Shown: positions 59,182-64,000 of the stretch, piece by piece
How the letters are laid out: each line of letters starts with the position of its first letter
Numbering within the stretch: position 1 is the first letter of the stretch
NCBI GenBank assembly: GCA_951406725.2
Contig: OX597832.1
Span: forward strand, 29,698,001 to 29,762,000
Source of the DNA: Octopus vulgaris
Taxonomy: Eukaryota
DNA: 64,000 nt
Reading direction: 5' to 3'
The notes under the pieces: model-generated
The model's database searches: none
Told to the model about the DNA's origin: nothing
The model's input: only the letters and a program-made list of their open reading frames with translations
Translations under genes and position numbers: made by a program

Positions 59182-60843
59182 ATATGTATGTATGTATATC
59201 CTTTATCTTTTCCTTGTTTCAGTCATTAGATTGCGGCCATGCTGGAGCACTGCTTTGAAGCATTTTAGCCAAATAGATCAACCCTAGCCACTTATCTTCT
59301 TTCTAGGCATGGCACTCACTCTACCAGTCTGTTTCAAAGCTGCTAAGTTATGAGGACATAAACACACCAACACCGGGTGCCAAGTGGTGGGACAAACACG
59401 CACACACAAATATACAGGGTGGCCCAAAAGTAGGTTTATAGTTATCATGTAGGCACTTGAAATTTCTTTTAAAACATTTTATTACATTTCATTTTCTGTC
59501 TTACAAATTGAAAAGGGAGCTTGACAAAATTAACCAAATCAGAATAATCTTTTCTAATCTAGGCACAGGACCCCAAATTTTTTTTTTAAAGAACGCTGAG
59601 TAGATGAAACAGAGGCGACTGAAGAAGGGGAATTTTCCTTGTGTTGTATGTCTTTTACTCTATTTTTTTGTTGTTTAAGAAAAATGTCCAGTTCCTTGGT
59701 TTTGTGTTTATGTTTTCGTTTCTCATTGTGTTCGACGTTTTTTTGGTGTCCTGTACCCATATATGCATGTATATATACTTGTAGAGGTAGGTACGTGCAT
59801 ACATGTATGTATATATGCATATGTTTTATTTTATTTATTAATTTGTTTTATATATATATGTATGGAGAGAGAGAGATGCATATGTGTGGATTTAGGGAAC
59901 AAGTTGATACTGGAGGAGGCAAAGCAAAGGGGCCAAGACATGGAGGAGATGGTTGATTTAGATGTGTGTAAAGAATGTTGTAGATGTGAGATTAAGCTGG
60001 ACTGACCATTCCTGCTTCCGCTACAGACAAGGAACAAAACCAGACATAATAATAATAATAATAATAACTGATGAGAAGTGAAATACTCACAGAGAGGAAG
60101 ATAAACTCCTGAAATTCTGAGAAGGAATTGTCAAGGGGCCACATGATTAGCTAAAATAAGGCTGATATACAATAGTGGCGTTGGTCAAACTGAAGCATGG
60201 GCCCCATTTGGGGCGGTTAATACGAAACAGAAGTTACTCCAGTGAATACGAAATGCAAGCCACACTTGTGTCGGGCGAAATGAAATAAATTCCTTTTCAT
60301 GAAAAAACAGTGGAGTTAGTCCAAGGCAGAAAATATAACTGAGGTAGATTGGTTTACAATGTCGATATCCTAAATTTCCTCTTTATTATCGCTGTTAATA
60401 GAAACTAACAATTAGCAGTGCGTACAGTTACTAATTTTGATGTGTGTGACATGGAGGGAGGGCTGAGTTTGGTTGGCATTTTAACAATGACAGCAATATC
60501 AGTTTGGTTCAACAGCACACAGCAACAAGACTAGAAATTATAATAGTGACACCAAAAGGAGAGAGAATAGGGCAAAGACAGGAAAAGCTGTGAACGACAA
60601 TAACAGTTTAGTGGTTGAATTAATGAGGGGTTTAAATCGCATCGCGTCAGGGCAACGACGGAAATCGTTCGAGAGTCACTGGTGCAGTTTTTGGAGATGT
60701 TGTTTTAGGAAACATCTTTAGCATTGATTGCTGGACAGAGGATGTGTTTGGGGTAAAGAAATGTTGACATCGTTGAGTGTTTTAGATGGCAAGAAACAGA
60801 GCAAAGAAGGTCAGAGATGAGAGGTGAAATGACAGAGTATTGG

Positions 60844-60889
<46 letters not shown>

Positions 60890-60950
60890 GTTGAGGTGTG
60901 GTGGGACAGGATGGAAGGGTTAGAAAACTGAGACACTGTACAACACTCAC

Positions 60951-61043
60951 ATTAAATTTAGAAAACGAATACTGCTGCTATGATGATGATGATGATGATG
61001 TTTATGCCCACGTGTCTGTTGTAGATGATGATGAATGAAACGA
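60951..61043 (-). CDS. candidate upstream RUBCN exon (His-rich; ends in AT, which forms ATG with the G of the next exon)
   Basis: ttttag acceptor, gtgagt donor; 93 nt, phase 2 to 2, compatible with the exon at 52794; no homology support. Confidence 0.4.
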
Positions 61044-63631
61044 CTAAAATTAGAGACTAAGATATAATTACAACCATCACTTAACCTAATTAATGAGATA
61101 CGAAAAAGTATGGCAGTAGGGAAGCAGAGAGGCACAGCTGGACACGAAAATAAAGTGACAGATTAGTTTCTTATAGCCAGATATGGCCACCCACACTAAC
61201 GGTAACAACAGCTGCTGCACGATTTGAAATCACAACTGATTCTCCATTAAGTGTGCCAATGCCGCCCAACACACAGGAAAAAGTTGTCCTTCACACACTG
61301 ACCCAATACTGGATCATGTGTTTTTGTTCGCCTTTACATTCTGAGTTCAAATTCCACCATGGTCGACTGCTTTCATCTTTTTAGGGTCAATAAAATAAGT
61401 ACCAGTTGAAAAACTCTGGTCGATGTAATTGGCTTCAACCCTACCCCCAAATTGTTGGCCTTGTGCCAAAATGTGAAACCAATAGAGGACTGGGTTCACT
61501 CTCTGCTCCTACTGAGATCTTTCACTTTTCCTCCGCTAATCTGAATGGCACTACCTCTACATCTTAACTACTGCCTTGCTCTGCAACTTCCCAACCCTTT
61601 CTTGGCAAAACTGTTTCTGTTCTGCCTACAACCTCACAGCACCAGCACAAAAACCATACTCACTGATCAACAAAGTCAATGAAAGTCTAAAAAAGCTCTA
61701 GGCAACACTCTCCCCAACACACCAATCAACCAAAATATTATCATCATCATCGCCATCGTTTAACATCCGCTTTCCATGCTAGCATGGGTTGGACGATTTG
61801 ACTGAGGGCTGATGAACCAGATGGCTGCACCAGGCTCCAATCTGACCTGGCAATGTTTCTACAAGTGGATGCCCTTCCTAATGCCAACCACTCCGAGAGT
61901 GTAGTGGGAGCTTTTATGTGTCACTGGCACAGGGGCCAGTCAGGCAGTACTGGCACAGCCATGCTCAAATGTTTTTTTATGTTTTTATTTAAGCTTTTCA
62001 AAACACCTTTGCTGAATTTTGAACTGAAAAGCATTTTAGCTGATACCCACTCTCTCGCACCTTCTCTTGGACTTTCTTCAGGTTGGGTAAGCATGTTTTT
62101 CCTTTGTGGTAGTGCACCTGTTTCTCTCTTCATTCCTGATCTCTCTCTCTCCAGCCAGGTAACCTTGTACTTCCTCTACAGCAAGACACCTGTTTCGGTC
62201 TCTTTGTCTCTCTATAACCGTTCATCATCCAACACAAGATCACCTCCTCCAATGCCCCCCTTCCCTCTTGAAAGTTTTTGTCTCTTTTTTCTGTCTTGCA
62301 AGTACTTGGTGACCCTGTCAGTGCAGGTACCACTTAAAAGCACCCAGTCCACAATGTAAAGGGTTGGTATTTGGAAGGGTATCCAGCTGTAAAAACCTTG
62401 CCAAAACTGACCTCGCCTGTACTTGTGCCACGTAAAAAGCACTGTAAAGTGGTTGGTGTTAGGAAAGGCACCCAGTTGTAAAAATCCTGCCAAAACAGTC
62501 GCAGAAGTCTGGCTCAGGCCTCTGCGTGGCCAGCTCTTGTGAAACCGTCCCACCCATGCTAGTATGAAAGGCGGAAGTTAAACGATGATGATGATAATGA
62601 CGAAGGCAAAAATTTCCCCTGGATTAAATAACAGTCCACAGCAAGCAGCACTCCTACAGGGTCCTGTTACAGTTGCAACCAGAGAGAATTGAGTGGCAAA
62701 TAATTAAATGAAATATCCAAACACACAACACACTTGTTGAGGAGCTGAACAATTGAGATGGCAGCACAAAATAGCATCTACGTACACACTTACTTGCAGA
62801 GCAGAAGGCTGGCCTCTCTCTTTGTGTTAAACTTTCCTTGTATATACATGCATGTGTGCATGAATAATGTATACATACATGCATGTGCACACACACACAC
62901 ACACACACATTTTCTTTTATTCTTTCACTTGTTTCAGTCATTTGACTATGGCCATGCTGGAGCACTAACTTTCGTCAAACAAATCGACCCCAGGACTTAT
63001 TCTATTGGTCTTGTTTTGCCGAACTGCTAAGTGACGGGGACGTAAACACATCAACATCGGTTGTCAAGCGATGGTGGGGAGACAAACAGATACATAAATA
63101 CACACACACACAAATATACATACATATATATATGATGAGCTTCTTTCCGTTCCTATCTACCAAATCCATTCACAAGGCTTTGGTCAGCCCGAGGCTATAG
63201 AAGAAGACACTTGCCCAAGGTGCCAAGCAGTGGGACTGAACCTGGAACCATGTGGTTGGGAAGCAAGCTTCTTACCACACAGCCACTCCTTAAGTTGTGA
63301 CTATAGCAGAATATAGAAAGAAGTTCATGGTCAGCTTAAACAATAAAAACAACAATCAGGACAAACTTGATTTCTCTAATTATCGCCACTGACCAGAGAA
63401 TTATTTTTACTGGTTTCACTGTCCAGTGAGAGATTTTCAAAAAAAAAAAAAGAAATTTTCCTTAAATGTCTCAATTAGGGCATCTCTAAATCTCTGACTA
63501 TTCAGAGGATCCTTAAGCTTCTAAATCCTTTTCCAGGCAGGATTGCTTCTTGGAATCCTTCTAGTCTGAAGTCGCCAATGACTAAGCTATGCTGAGGGAT
63601 ACATTCTTCATCAGGAAAGGTCTTTGCATTT

Positions 63632-64000
63632 ATGGCCTGGTCAGCCTGTAATGATATGCATAAGATCTGGTCATCAAATCTAAGTAGAGATTTCAAACTT
63701 AGAATCTTCAAAGCCACAGTCGAACCAATCCTACTATATGGCTCAGAAACCTGGATGTTATCAAAGAAGCTTGAGAGGTGGTTAGATGGAACTTACACTC
63801 GCCTCCTTATGAGAGCTCAAAATCTCTCGTGGAAGCGTCATCCAACCAAAATGCAAGTATATGGGAAACTACCACCTGTGTCATCTCTTGTGAAAGGTAG
63901 CAGAGTCCAGTTTGCTGGACATTGTTGTAGAGCTGGAAACAAGGTAATTTCTACTCTTCTCCTCTGGAAGCCATCTACTCGCGATACCAGAGGGCGCACA
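63632..64000 (+). mobile_element. RTE-clade LINE ORF fragment, open to the window end
   Basis: AWSACNDMHKIWSSNLSRDFKLRIFKATVEPILLYGSETW...QFAGHC; abuts an opposite-strand fragment (KTFPDEECIPQHSLVIGDF, about 63500-63631) that resembles the RTE endonuclease end. Confidence 0.85.

Noticed and set aside
59590-59765. Fourth hammerhead or Penelope remnant (GAAAC...CTGAAGA)
   Set aside because: The core pieces have no supporting stems; it may be a truncated repeat but no ribozyme fold can be supported.

Overview
AT-rich, microsatellite- and transposon-dense eukaryotic DNA, not prokaryotic. The repeat families are consistent with an octopus or other cephalopod genome, which is an inference. One large minus-strand gene spans almost the whole window: a Rubicon (RUBCN) orthologue with an N-terminal RUN domain, a PI3K-binding/coiled-coil region and a C-terminal Cys-rich Rubicon-homology domain. 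I traced 21 GT-AG coding exons by hand with consistent phases, from 52794 down to the stop at 6396 (about 962 codons). The first coding exon is uncertain. Most ORFs in the supplied track are artefacts of microsatellites or repeats. The introns hold tRNA-derived SINEs, RTE- and CR1-type LINE 3' ends, piggyBac-, hAT-, Tigger- and mariner-type MITEs and Helitron/Helentron elements, often nested. The most unusual signal is a 500-bp palindromic insertion (23066-23565) built from a Pol III tRNA-like head joined to a Penelope-type minimal hammerhead ribozyme. Two further unrelated hammerhead motifs lie at 37264-37317 (+) and 55161-55196 (-).
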